A DNA stretch of 62,334 nt, counting the filler, from Actinomycetota bacterium (lineage in GTDB: Bacteria; Actinomycetota; CADDZG01; JAHWKV01; JAOPZY01), in assembly GCA_025963875.1 (NCBI GenBank). It is 6 parts of 6 records of this genome, joined end to end, with 100 filler letters (N's around TTAATTAATTAA, not from the genome) between each part and the next. Parts side by side here need not be neighbours in the genome. Positions count along the whole stretch, not along the records: positions 7,513 to 28,401 come from JAOPZY010000210.1; 5 more parts are not named here. One strand, 5' to 3'. Numbering within the stretch: the first letter of the stretch is position 1; each line of letters starts with the position of its first letter. Positions 10,345 through 18,619 of the stretch are shown here, piece after piece. The position numbers and the translations under genes are program-made. The notes below the pieces were generated by a model, which ran no database searches, had not been told where the DNA came from, and worked only from the letters and a program-made list of their open reading frames with translations.

Positions 10345-11265
10345 ATGAATGATGCTGAACACGCCATCCTGTTCCTGGCTCAAGCACAGCACGGGGCACT
10401 CTGCCGCCGGCAGGCTCTGGAGGCAGGCCTATCGTCGAGCGCCATCGGCCGCCGGCTGACCAGTGGCGAGTGGGTCGCAGTCTTTCAAGGCGCGTACCGC
10501 CTTGCGGGTGTCCAACCCAGCTGGGAGCAGACGGTCATGGCGGGCGTCCTGGCGGCAGGGTCGGAGGCCCTGGCATCCCATCGGGCTGCGGGGACATTGT
10601 TCGGCCTGCCGGGGGTCCCGAGATGGGTCGAGGTCACGGTTTCCGGGCGACGGCGGGTCCAAGTTGAGGGGATCATCGCTCACCGTGTGCGGCGCCTCGT
10701 CCCGGGGGACGCGGGCGAGATCAAGGGCATTCCGGTGACGACGGCGGGGCGGACGATCGCCGATCTGGCCGGCGTCTACTCGAAGGGCAGGCTGGGGCCC
10801 ATGCTCGACTACGCCCAGGCCCAGCGGTTGGTCACCCGGGCCGAGATGGAAGCTCGGGCGACAGGGCGTCGGCACGACGACGTCCTGAGAGAGTTGCTGG
10901 ACGAGCGGCCCGCGACCGCACGGCCGATGGGCAGCGAGTTCGAGGCGTGCCTCTTCGGGGCGCTCCGGGACGCCCGCCTGCCTCTGCCCAAGGCGCAGTA
11001 CCGGGTCCTGACGACGGATGGCAGTGAGGTGTTCCTCGACTTCGCCTATCCGGAGGTGATGCTCGCGATCGAGGCGGACAGCTTCGTGTGGCACGCCACG
11101 CTGGCCGACTGGCAGCGGGACCGTGCCCGCAACGGCGAGCTCGTCGACCTCGGGTGGTCGATCCTGCCGATCACGTACGACCTCGTGATGCGAAACCGTC
11201 GGGAAGTGGCCCGCAGGGTCGGCCGTGCCCTCGAGGCCCGTTTGGTCACGCGAGACCTCGGGTAG
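10345..11265 (+). CDS. AbiEi-type N-terminal domain + DUF559/Vsr-like endonuclease protein
   Basis: AQAQHGALCRRQ, ASHRAAG, GIPVTTAGRTIADL, SEFE, LDFAYPEVMLAIEADSFVWH..DRARN. Confidence 0.85.
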   Translation: MNDAEHAILFLAQAQHGALCRRQALEAGLSSSAIGRRLTSGEWVAVFQGAYRLAGVQPSWEQTVMAGVLAAGSEALASHRAAGTLFGLPGVPRWVEVTVSGRRRVQVEGIIAHRVRRLVPGDAGEIKGIPVTTAGRTIADLAGVYSKGRLGPMLDYAQAQRLVTRAEMEARATGRRHDDVLRELLDERPATARPMGSEFEACLFGALRDARLPLPKAQYRVLTTDGSEVFLDFAYPEVMLAIEADSFVWHATLADWQRDRARNGELVDLGWSILPITYDLVMRNRREVARRVGRALEARLVTRDLG

Positions 11266-11274
11266 CCCATCGTC

Positions 11275-11931
11275 GTGCCTACACAGATCGGCCGGGAGGT
11301 GGTGCGCGCCATGAGCGCCGGCGGTGCCGTGGTCGTGGAGGTGCTCCCGGCAGACGAGTATGCGGACGAGCACCTCCCCGGCGCCATCAACATTCCGCTC
11401 AAGAAGATCGATGCCCTGGCCCCGGGCGCGCTGGCGCCCGACCGTCCGGTGATCGTGTACTGCTACGACCCTCTCTGAGACCTGAGTCCCCGGGCCGCGT
11501 GCCGGCTCGAGAGCCTCGGCTACGACCAGGTCTTCGACTATGTCGGCGGCAAGCGCGACTGGACGGGGGTCGGGTGGCCGGTCGAAGGGCAAAAAGCTGC
11601 TGAGCCCCAAATCGGTGCCCTCGCCCGCCGGGACGTGCCGCGGGCGCTGCTGGGGGACCAGGTCGGCGACACGGCCCGTCGTGTCGAAGCGAGCGGCTAC
11701 GACTTCGCCGTCGTCGTCACTGCCGACGACGTCGTCCTGGGGATGCTGGAGCCCAAGGCGCTCAAGGCATCCGAGGGCATGCGCGTGGAAGGGGTCATGC
11801 GGCCGGGACCTTCCACCTACCGCCCGGATGTCCCGACGAAGGAACTGCTCGAGAAGCTCCAGCCCAAGGGACTGCACCGGGCCCTCGTGACCACCCCGGA
11901 GGGGCGGCTCATCGGCGTCGTCCTCGTCTAG
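11275..11931 (+). CDS. Rhodanese + CBS-domain protein, probable selenoprotein (in-frame TGA 11476-11478)
   Basis: EHLPGAINIP..VIVYCYDPL-TGA-DLSPRAACRLESLGYDQVFDYVGGKRDW is one continuous rhodanese domain; the CBS pair follows in the same frame. Confidence 0.8.
11471..11513 (+). promoter_or_regulatory. Candidate bacterial SECIS hairpin
   Basis: CTCTC/GAGAG, GAG/CTC and CCGG/CCGG pairings; G-containing apical loop about 16-18 nt after the UGA. Confidence 0.5.
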
Positions 11932-12272
11932 CCCGGGGGCCAGGTCATCTGGCGTCCGCCCAGCAGGTGGAAGTGGAGATGGTCCACCGTCTGGCCGCCG
12001 TCGGGGCCGGTGTTGGTGACAATGCGGTAGCCGGACTCCGCGATGCCTTCCGAAGCGGCGATCCACTTGGCCATCCCGGCGGTCTCGACGAGCAGCGGGC
12101 CGTGTTCCGGGGTGAGCTCGGCGACGTTGGCGAGGTGCTCCTTCGGGATGATCAGGACGTGGACCGGGGCCTGCGGCCTGATGTCGCGGAACGCCAGCGT
12201 CAGCTCACCGATGCGGAGGACGTCCGCGTCGATGTTGCCCGCGACGATCTGGCAGAACAGGCAGGACGGCAC
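11928..12272 (-). CDS. HIT-family (histidine triad) nucleotide-binding protein
   Basis: CLFCQIVAG, PQAPVHVLIIPK, GQTVDHLHFHLLGGR, WPPG. Confidence 0.95.
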   Translation of the reverse strand: MPSCLFCQIVAGNIDADVLRIGELTLAFRDIRPQAPVHVLIIPKEHLANVAELTPEHGPLLVETAGMAKWIAASEGIAESGYRIVTNTGPDGGQTVDHLHFHLLGGRQMTWPPG

Positions 12273-12289
12273 CCGCCAACCTTACCGGC

Positions 12290-13066
12290 TCAGGCGTGGA
12301 TGCGGCCGGAGGCCTCGTCCAGGTGACCGCCTGAGCGGCCGGTGCGCAGGGCAATGATCTGGGCCAGGATCGACACCGCCGTCTCCTCGGGCGTCCGGGC
12401 CCCGAGGTCAAGGCCGAGGGGCGCATGGATCCGTTCCATCTGCTCGTCGGTGACACCGATCTCCCGCAGGTTCGCCTTGCGCTTCTCGTGGGTGCGCCGG
12501 CTCCCCATCGCTCCCAGATAGCCCACCGGGGACTTCAGGGCGAACTCGAGGATCGGGATGTCGAACTTGGGGTCGTGGGTCAGGATGACGATGGCGGTGC
12601 GGCGGCTGATGGGGGCCGTCTCGAGGAACTCGTTCGGCCACTGAACGACGACCTCGTCGGCCTCGGGGAAGCGCTCCTGGTTGGCGAAGATCCTACGGGC
12701 GTCGACCACGGTGACGCGGTAGCCGAGGAACTTGCCGAGGCGGACCACGGCGTTGGCCAGGTTGACGGCGCCGAGCACGTACATGTCCGGCGGCTGGGAG
12801 AAGGCCTGGATGAAGACCTCCACCTCCTCGGAGTTGCCCTGGCCCTGCGGTCCGTAGGTGCGGGTCCCGGTCTGGGCCATGTCGATGAAGCCCCGGGCGT
12901 TCTCGATGACGGCACCGTCGAGCTTCTCGTCGCCGAGCGAGCCGGTGACGCTCTCCTCCCCGACGAGCATCTTGGCCCCCGGGTTGGGCCCCTGGACCTC
13001 GGTGACGACGGCGACGGGTTCCTTCTCGCGGATCGCGTGGGCGACCGCCTTGAACAACTCCCCCAT
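12290..13066 (-). CDS. XdhC/CoxI-family Moco chaperone, C-terminal part (Rossmann domain)
   Basis: VVDARRIFA, LTHDPKFD, YLGAMGSRRT, IHAPLGLDLGARTPEETAVSI; own AGGGAG RBS. Confidence 0.9.
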   Translation of the reverse strand: MGELFKAVAHAIREKEPVAVVTEVQGPNPGAKMLVGEESVTGSLGDEKLDGAVIENARGFIDMAQTGTRTYGPQGQGNSEEVEVFIQAFSQPPDMYVLGAVNLANAVVRLGKFLGYRVTVVDARRIFANQERFPEADEVVVQWPNEFLETAPISRRTAIVILTHDPKFDIPILEFALKSPVGYLGAMGSRRTHEKRKANLREIGVTDEQMERIHAPLGLDLGARTPEETAVSILAQIIALRTGRSGGHLDEASGRIHA

Positions 13067-13079
13067 GAGCAGGCTCCCT

Positions 13080-13394
13080 TTACCAGTCGATGCGTTCGAT
13101 CATGAGGTGGACGGTCCCGCCGCAGGTCAGGCCGACCGCGCAGGCGTCCTCGTCCGTGATGCCGTAGGTCATGCGCTGCGGCACGCCGGTCTCGATGACG
13201 TTCATCGCCTCGGTGATCGCCGCCGGTTCGACGCAGCCCCCGGAGATGGACCCGAGGACCTTGCCGTCCTCGTTGACCGCGAATGCGGCTCCCGGGTCAC
13301 GCGGGGCCGACCGCTCGGTGGCGATGAGCGTCACCAGGGCAACCTTCTTCCCGTCGTCCAACCACTCTTCAACCCCGTCAAGCACATCGATCAT
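13080..13394 (-). CDS. XdhC/CoxI-family N-terminal domain protein
   Basis: SAPRDPGA, GSISGGCVE, VGLTCGGTV; GGAGGT RBS. Confidence 0.9.
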   Translation of the reverse strand: MIDVLDGVEEWLDDGKKVALVTLIATERSAPRDPGAAFAVNEDGKVLGSISGGCVEPAAITEAMNVIETGVPQRMTYGITDEDACAVGLTCGGTVHLMIERIDW

Positions 13395-13488
13395 GGCATC
13401 CACCTCCGCCAGTCAAGGGCCTCTTTGGCCACGTGACCAAAAACAACGAAGCCCCAGCAGTTATTCCCCCACCTGCTATACAGGTCCC

Positions 13489-14091
13489 ATGTCCGATCTT
13501 CCCACCCAGCGCGACTTCGATGCTATGTACACCGGCACGCCGCCCTGGGACATCGGCCGGCCGCAGGGCTCACTCCAAGCGGTCGCCGATGCGGGAGGCA
13601 TCCGGGGACGGGTGCTCGACGCCGGCTGCGGGACGGGCGAGCACGCCCTCATGGCCGCCGCGCTCGGGCTGGACGCCACCGGGATCGACGGGTCCCCCAC
13701 GGCCATCGGCATCGCCCGGCGGAAGGCGGCCGAGCGAGGCATCGACGTCCGGTTCCTCATCGGCGACGCTCTGGACCTCGGAGCCCTGGGTGAGGTCTTC
13801 GACACCGTGATCGACAGCGGGCTGTTCCACGTCTTCGACGACGAAGAGCGCGCCCGGTACGTCGACAGCCTCCGAGCCGCGACCGCCCCGGGCGGGCGGG
13901 TCTACCTGCTCTGCTTCAGCGACCGGTTCCCGCCCGGCTTCGGCCCCCGCCGCGTCTCGGAGGAGGAGATCCGGGACAGCTTCTCGGACGGCTGGACGGT
14001 CGAGGCCGTCGACGCGGTCGGGATGGAGGTCAACTTCAGCCCCGAGCCGATCCCGGCCTGGCTGGCGACCATGCAGCGTCGGCCGGGATGA
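13489..14091 (+). CDS. Class I SAM-dependent methyltransferase
   Basis: PPWDIGRPQ, VLDAGCGTGE, FDTVIDSGLFHVF. Confidence 0.9.
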   Translation: MSDLPTQRDFDAMYTGTPPWDIGRPQGSLQAVADAGGIRGRVLDAGCGTGEHALMAAALGLDATGIDGSPTAIGIARRKAAERGIDVRFLIGDALDLGALGEVFDTVIDSGLFHVFDDEERARYVDSLRAATAPGGRVYLLCFSDRFPPGFGPRRVSEEEIRDSFSDGWTVEAVDAVGMEVNFSPEPIPAWLATMQRRPG

Positions 14092-15043
14092 GGATGGTCT
14101 TCCCGACGGTCTGACGGGCTTCGATGGCGCGGTGGGCGTCGGCGGCCCGTGCAAGGGGGAACCGCTGGCCGATGACCGGACGCAGCCGCCCCGCAGCCGC
14201 CATGGCGAGGGCCTGCTCCACCAGGGAGCGGTTGTCCTCCGGGGAACGGACGACCGTATGGCCAGGCACCAGCGTGAGGCCGCGGGCGGTCACGGCGTCG
14301 CCGGCGGTCATGGGGCCGCCCGCCCCCCCGTAGACGAGGTATCGTCCGCCATGTCCCATCTGGGCCATCGCCGCCAGCAGGTCGGCGCCGACCTCGCCCC
14401 CGACCCCGTCGAAGCCGACGTCCAACCCCTCCAAGGCATCCGCCCACCCGGGCTTGGTGTAGTCCACGGTCGTGTCGGCCCCGAGCCCGGCGGCCAGGGC
14501 CAGCTTTCGTCCTCCTCCTGCGGCGGCCACGACCTGCCGCACACCGGCTGCCTTGGCCAGCTGGACCAGCAGGGTTCCCACGCCACCTGCCGCAGCGGTG
14601 ACGAGCACGCGGTCCCCTGGAGTCAGAGAGGCTGCCCTCACGAGCCCCAGCGCCGTGCGGCCGTCCGCCAGGAGCGCGACCGCTTCCCCGAGTCCCAACC
14701 CGTCGGGGACCGCAACGGCGGCAGCGGCGTCCACGACCACACGGTCGGCGTAGCCGCCAAACCCGCCAGTGGCGGTCACCACGCGGCGGCCGAGCCACGA
14801 CGGGTCGACCCCCTCCCCGAGACCGATGACGTCGCCCTCGACACCGTTGCCGAGCACGACCGGCAGCGCCGGCCCCGGCCCGGGCCACGGCGGCCTCCCC
14901 GCACGGACCTGCGTCTCGACGAACGTGATGCCGGCGGCGGCGGTCCGCACGAGAACCTGTCCCGGGCCCGGGACAGGGTCGGGGACCTCGACGGGGTGGA
15001 GCTCGTCGGGACCGCCGAAGGCATCGAGCCGAACCTGCAACAT
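14036..15043 (-). CDS. NADPH:quinone oxidoreductase (MDR family)
   Basis: FGGPDEL, P.PGPGQV, TAAAGGVG, FPLARAADAHRAIE..GKTIL. Confidence 0.88.
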   Translation of the reverse strand: MLQVRLDAFGGPDELHPVEVPDPVPGPGQVLVRTAAAGITFVETQVRAGRPPWPGPGPALPVVLGNGVEGDVIGLGEGVDPSWLGRRVVTATGGFGGYADRVVVDAAAAVAVPDGLGLGEAVALLADGRTALGLVRAASLTPGDRVLVTAAAGGVGTLLVQLAKAAGVRQVVAAAGGGRKLALAAGLGADTTVDYTKPGWADALEGLDVGFDGVGGEVGADLLAAMAQMGHGGRYLVYGGAGGPMTAGDAVTARGLTLVPGHTVVRSPEDNRSLVEQALAMAAAGRLRPVIGQRFPLARAADAHRAIEARQTVGKTILIPADAAWSPARPGSARG

Positions 15044-15059
15044 GGCCGCCTCCCGTTCG

Positions 15060-15119
15060 ATAACGGATAGATAACGGAGCGTTCTTGTCCGACAAGCATA
15101 ACGGAGTGTTATGCTCCGT
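15060..15119. promoter_or_regulatory. Probable TetR operator array in a divergent promoter
   Basis: Three ATAACGGA copies; inverted repeat ACGGAG-N7-CTCCGT (15101-15119) overlapping a TATGCT -10. Confidence 0.6.
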
Positions 15120-15122
15120 CAA

Positions 15123-15755
15123 ATGGCAGATGCGGATCCCCCGGCCCGCATCCGCGGGAGGCAGGCGGAGGCCCGGCGGAACGACCGGGCCGTGCTCGAC
15201 GCCGCGCGGGAGGTTTTCGCGGTGCACGGCCCCGACGCATCCGTCGCGCAGGTCGCTGCTCAGGCGGCGGTCGGGATGGGAAGCCTGTACCGCCGCTATC
15301 CCAGCAAGGAGGCCCTCCTGCAGTATCTGTGCCAGGCCTCGATGGACCAGCAGGTCGCAGCGGCCGAGGAGTCGCTTGAGCCCGGCAGGGATCCCTGGGA
15401 GGCGCTGGCGGGGTATGTCAGGGAGTGTGTCGGCTTCCGGGCCGGCGTTTTCTCAGCCGTGGCCGGGAGGATCGCGGTCACCGAGGAGATGCAGGCGACC
15501 GCCCGGCACGCCCATGAACTGCTCGAGCGGCTCGTCGACCGCGCCAAGCGGGCCGGCGCCCTCCGCGGGGATGCCGGCAGCGTGGACATCCACGAGCTGA
15601 TCGAGCTGTTCAGCCGCCGGCCCGCCGGCAACACCCTCGCCCACGAACGCCTGCTCGCAGTGGCGCTTGACGGGCTCCGGTCGCCCGGGCCTGCGGCGCT
15701 CCCCGGCCCTGCCCCGGACTGGCAGGCCTATGTCCGGCGATGGTCCGGGTCTTAG
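15123..15755 (+). CDS. TetR-family regulator
   Basis: ARRNDRAVLDAAREVF..VGMGSLYRRYPSKEAL HTH; start could also be 15111. Confidence 0.92.
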   Translation: MADADPPARIRGRQAEARRNDRAVLDAAREVFAVHGPDASVAQVAAQAAVGMGSLYRRYPSKEALLQYLCQASMDQQVAAAEESLEPGRDPWEALAGYVRECVGFRAGVFSAVAGRIAVTEEMQATARHAHELLERLVDRAKRAGALRGDAGSVDIHELIELFSRRPAGNTLAHERLLAVALDGLRSPGPAALPGPAPDWQAYVRRWSGS

Positions 15756-15764
15756 AATGCCGGT

Positions 15765-16175
15765 GTGTTCTGTCCGGTCTGCGAGGCGGAGTTCGTCGAG
15801 GGCGTTACCCGCTGTCCCGACGACGAGGTGGACCTGGTGGAGCAGGCCCCGCCGAAGAGCCAGTACCACCGCCGGGACGATCCGCCGCCAAACCGGGACG
15901 CCGTCGTCGTCCACAAGCTGCTCGGACAGCCGCAGCTCGGCGAGCCCAGGGCCGAGTTCATCCGCACCGCCCTCGAGGAGAACCTCATCGATGTGTGGAT
16001 CTCCGGCGAGTTCTCCACCCCCGGGCCATACGGGAAGGCGTTGGACTACCCGGCGGTTGTCGAGATCCTCGTAAGCCGGGAGGACGCGCCGCGGGCACGG
16101 GAGATCATCGCCGAGGTCGAGGGCTCACAGCCGGCCGCCGGTGCGACCGGAGACGACGACGACGCCGGGGACTAG
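15765..16175 (+). CDS. Zn-ribbon + DUF2007-like small protein
   Basis: MFCPVCEAEFVEGVTRCPDDEVDLV; VEILVSREDAPRAREII; leaderless TAGAAT-N6-GTG. Confidence 0.65.
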   Translation: MFCPVCEAEFVEGVTRCPDDEVDLVEQAPPKSQYHRRDDPPPNRDAVVVHKLLGQPQLGEPRAEFIRTALEENLIDVWISGEFSTPGPYGKALDYPAVVEILVSREDAPRAREIIAEVEGSQPAAGATGDDDDAGD

Positions 16176-16234
16176 TCCTCGGGGGCCGGTATCCTGATCC
16201 TTGCCGGGCAATCGAGACGGGAGGGACTGACGAA

Positions 16235-16597
16235 ATGGCTGAGATCGTCATCGTGGACGACATGAATTGGGACCAGGAGGTACTCCGCTCCGACATCCCC
16301 GTCCTCGTCGACAACTGGGCGGATTGGTGCGGCCCCTGCACGCTGATGGAGCCTGAACTCGAGGCCCTCGCCAACGAGCAGGAGGGTAGGCTGAAAGTGG
16401 TGGCCCTCAACGCCGACGACTGCCCCGAGCTCTCCCACGACGCCTGCGCCGTCGAACTGCTCCCCACCTGCGTCCTCTTCGTGAAGGGCGAACCGGTGGC
16501 GCGCATCGAGGGGTACCACAAAAAGGACGAAGTTATGTGGGAGATCGAGGCCTACCTCCCGCGCCGCCCCGAGCCGGCACCGTCCGCCAAGGAGTAG
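16235..16597 (+). CDS. Thioredoxin
   Basis: PVLVDNWADWCGPC; GGAGG RBS. Confidence 0.9.
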   Translation: MAEIVIVDDMNWDQEVLRSDIPVLVDNWADWCGPCTLMEPELEALANEQEGRLKVVALNADDCPELSHDACAVELLPTCVLFVKGEPVARIEGYHKKDEVMWEIEAYLPRRPEPAPSAKE

Positions 16598-16753
16598 CCA
16601 AGCTTTTTCCCGGCTTTCGACGGCGGTTCTCGGGTAAAAAACCGTCTCAAATTCTCAGATGGGGCGGCTCCCCCGGACAGCTGATGGTTTTTCTAACAAC
16701 ATTGTGCACAGGGCTTAAGTTTCATAACAAACCGGACGACCTACAATGTAGTC

Positions 16754-17203
16754 ATGTCAAACCATGGGGGCCTCCCGGACTACATTGCGGACCATTTCGC
16801 ATACCTCGTCCGCTGCTCCAAGCCCGCCCGTTACGCCCAGCTTGCGTTCTTCGGCCTCGGCCTCGTGCTCCCGCCGGTGGGGGCCTTCTTCGCACCCAGC
16901 CTGGTGGACCACCCGGGAGGGAACACCGTCCCCCTCATCATCCTCGGCATCGTGTTCGCCGCATCGTTCGTCTGGTACGTGAGCTGGCTGCACGAGCGCC
17001 AGATCAAGTTCCGCACCGAGATGCCCATGAGCTACGCCCGCTGGTTCGGCGCCCGCCGGCGCGGCCCCTTCGGCGGCATGCACCCGGGCGCGAACTTCCG
17101 CCTCGCCAAGATGCAGGTCCGGTACCTGATCTTCTCCCGGGAACCCTCGCCCGCCGAGACGCTGGCCCTCTCGCTGGACTTCGCCCGCCACAGCCTGGTC
17201 TAG
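16754..17203 (+). CDS. Hypothetical 2-TM membrane protein
   Basis: Two hydrophobic helices, GC3-biased codons, TACAAT-N6-ATG. Confidence 0.65.
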   Translation: MSNHGGLPDYIADHFAYLVRCSKPARYAQLAFFGLGLVLPPVGAFFAPSLVDHPGGNTVPLIILGIVFAASFVWYVSWLHERQIKFRTEMPMSYARWFGARRRGPFGGMHPGANFRLAKMQVRYLIFSREPSPAETLALSLDFARHSLV

Positions 17204-17268
17204 GTCTCGTCACGACGCGCATCAGCCCGGGCCGAAGGCCCGTGCCGATGGTTGAGGGACCTGCTGGG

Positions 17269-17811
17269 CTACGCGCCCGGGATGGTCGCCTCGATCTCGA
17301 TATCGACGGTGTCCTTCACTTTCAGAGCGCCCATGAACGCCTTGAAGGGCTTGACGCCGTGCTTGGACTGCACGACCTGGGCTGTCGCCTTGATCCGGCC
17401 ACCGCCGAGGTCCTGGAGCTGGAACTGCACCGGGGCGCTCTTGCCGGCAATAGTGAGGTCACCCTGCATCACGGCGTTGGTGCCGCCGCCGCTGACGGAG
17501 GTGGACTTGAAGTCGATCGTGGTGTCGCCCAGGATCTTGTCGACGATCGTCTTCTTGATCTCGGTCTTGTCGCCGTCGCTCAGGGGCTTGACGCCGCCCT
17601 CGCCGCTGACGACTTCCATCGAGCCGACATCGGCTGAGGCGGTGAGGGTGGTCGCAGACGGATCCTCGCCGACGTCCGCCGTGGCGCTCCAGCGACCGAC
17701 TTGGATGACGAGGTCGTGGCCCATCTTGCCGCCCATGCCTTCACGGCCGGTCTTGACGAGGAGCTTGCCGTTCTCGGGACCCAGTTTGTAGCTGCCAGGG
17801 GGAATTGCCAC
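17269..17811 (-). CDS. YceI-family protein
   Basis: GSYKLGPENG, GHDLVI, IDFKSTSV, GDLTIAG, ALKVKDTV. Confidence 0.8.
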   Translation of the reverse strand: MAIPPGSYKLGPENGKLLVKTGREGMGGKMGHDLVIQVGRWSATADVGEDPSATTLTASADVGSMEVVSGEGGVKPLSDGDKTEIKKTIVDKILGDTTIDFKSTSVSGGGTNAVMQGDLTIAGKSAPVQFQLQDLGGGRIKATAQVVQSKHGVKPFKAFMGALKVKDTVDIEIEATIPGA

Positions 17812-17920
17812 TACTCAACCACCTCCGTCCAGAAAGTCGCTCGCCCGGGACTGGGAGCGATGGGGCGTACACTACCAGCCGGACCACAGGGGCTCGCGCA
17901 CCAATATTTCCGGCTGAGGG

Positions 17921-18619
17921 TTACCTAAAAATACCCTCCCGTAACGCGACCGAAACGGCCCGGGCGCGATCGGTGACCCCGAGCTTTCGGAAAATCGCTC
18001 GGACGTGGGTCTTCACGGTGTCCTCGGAGATCACGAGCGCCTCGGCGATCGCCCGGTTGTTGAGGCCATCCACCATCGTGCGCAGCACCTCGCTCTCGCG
18101 CTGGGTGAGCCCCATCTCGGAGCCGGGCCAGATGTGGCCCGGGCGGACCTGCGCAGCCCGGCGGGCGATCTGGCCCGTGAGGGCGGGGTCCACGATCGTC
18201 TCGCCGCGGCCGACCTCCTCCAGCACCCGGACGATGTCCTCGGGGGACGCCCGCTTCAGCATGTAGCCTTTCGCCCCGGCCCGCAAAGCCTCGAACACGT
18301 ACTGTTCGTCCTCGTACACCGTCAGGAAGACCACCGCCAGGCCCGGGTGCTTCTGCGTGATGACCCGGCAGGCCTCCAGCCCCGACTGCCCCTGCAGGCG
18401 GACGTCGAGCAGCACGGCGTCCGGTTTGTGCTCGTCGATCTCGGCCAGGGCGCCCTCCAGGTTCGCTGCCTCGCCGACGATCTCCACCTTGGTGTCGCGC
18501 AGCATCGCCCTGAGGCCCGCCCGCACCATCTGGTGGTCGTCCACGATGAGGACGCGGATGCGCTCCCCCAGACCTGAGCCCCAGCCCGAGCCCGACCCTG
18601 AACCAGACGACTCGGTCAT
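17921..18619 (-). CDS. NarL/LuxR response regulator
   Basis: VLIVDDH..LLDVRL REC; LTQRESEVL..TVKTHV HTH. Confidence 0.95.
   Translation of the reverse strand: MTESSGSGSGSGWGSGLGERIRVLIVDDHQMVRAGLRAMLRDTKVEIVGEAANLEGALAEIDEHKPDAVLLDVRLQGQSGLEACRVITQKHPGLAVVFLTVYEDEQYVFEALRAGAKGYMLKRASPEDIVRVLEEVGRGETIVDPALTGQIARRAAQVRPGHIWPGSEMGLTQRESEVLRTMVDGLNNRAIAEALVISEDTVKTHVRAIFRKLGVTDRARAVSVALREGIFR

Noticed and set aside
10345..11265. Type IV toxin-antitoxin system
   Set aside because: No AbiEii nucleotidyltransferase partner next to either paralogue.
11476..11478. Genome-wide TGA reassignment or a simple pseudogene
   Set aside because: Many genes here end in TGA normally; this single TGA falls at a catalytic-loop Cys position with otherwise intact sequence. 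A pseudogene is less likely but not excluded.
12290..13394. xdhC as a frameshifted pseudogene
   Set aside because: The break is at a domain boundary with a clean stop and a separate RBS.
16604..16641. TTTTTCCCG..CGGGTAAAAA inverted repeat
   Set aside because: Short and imperfect, lacks the central TA and 50-nt size; more likely a terminator-like or chance structure.
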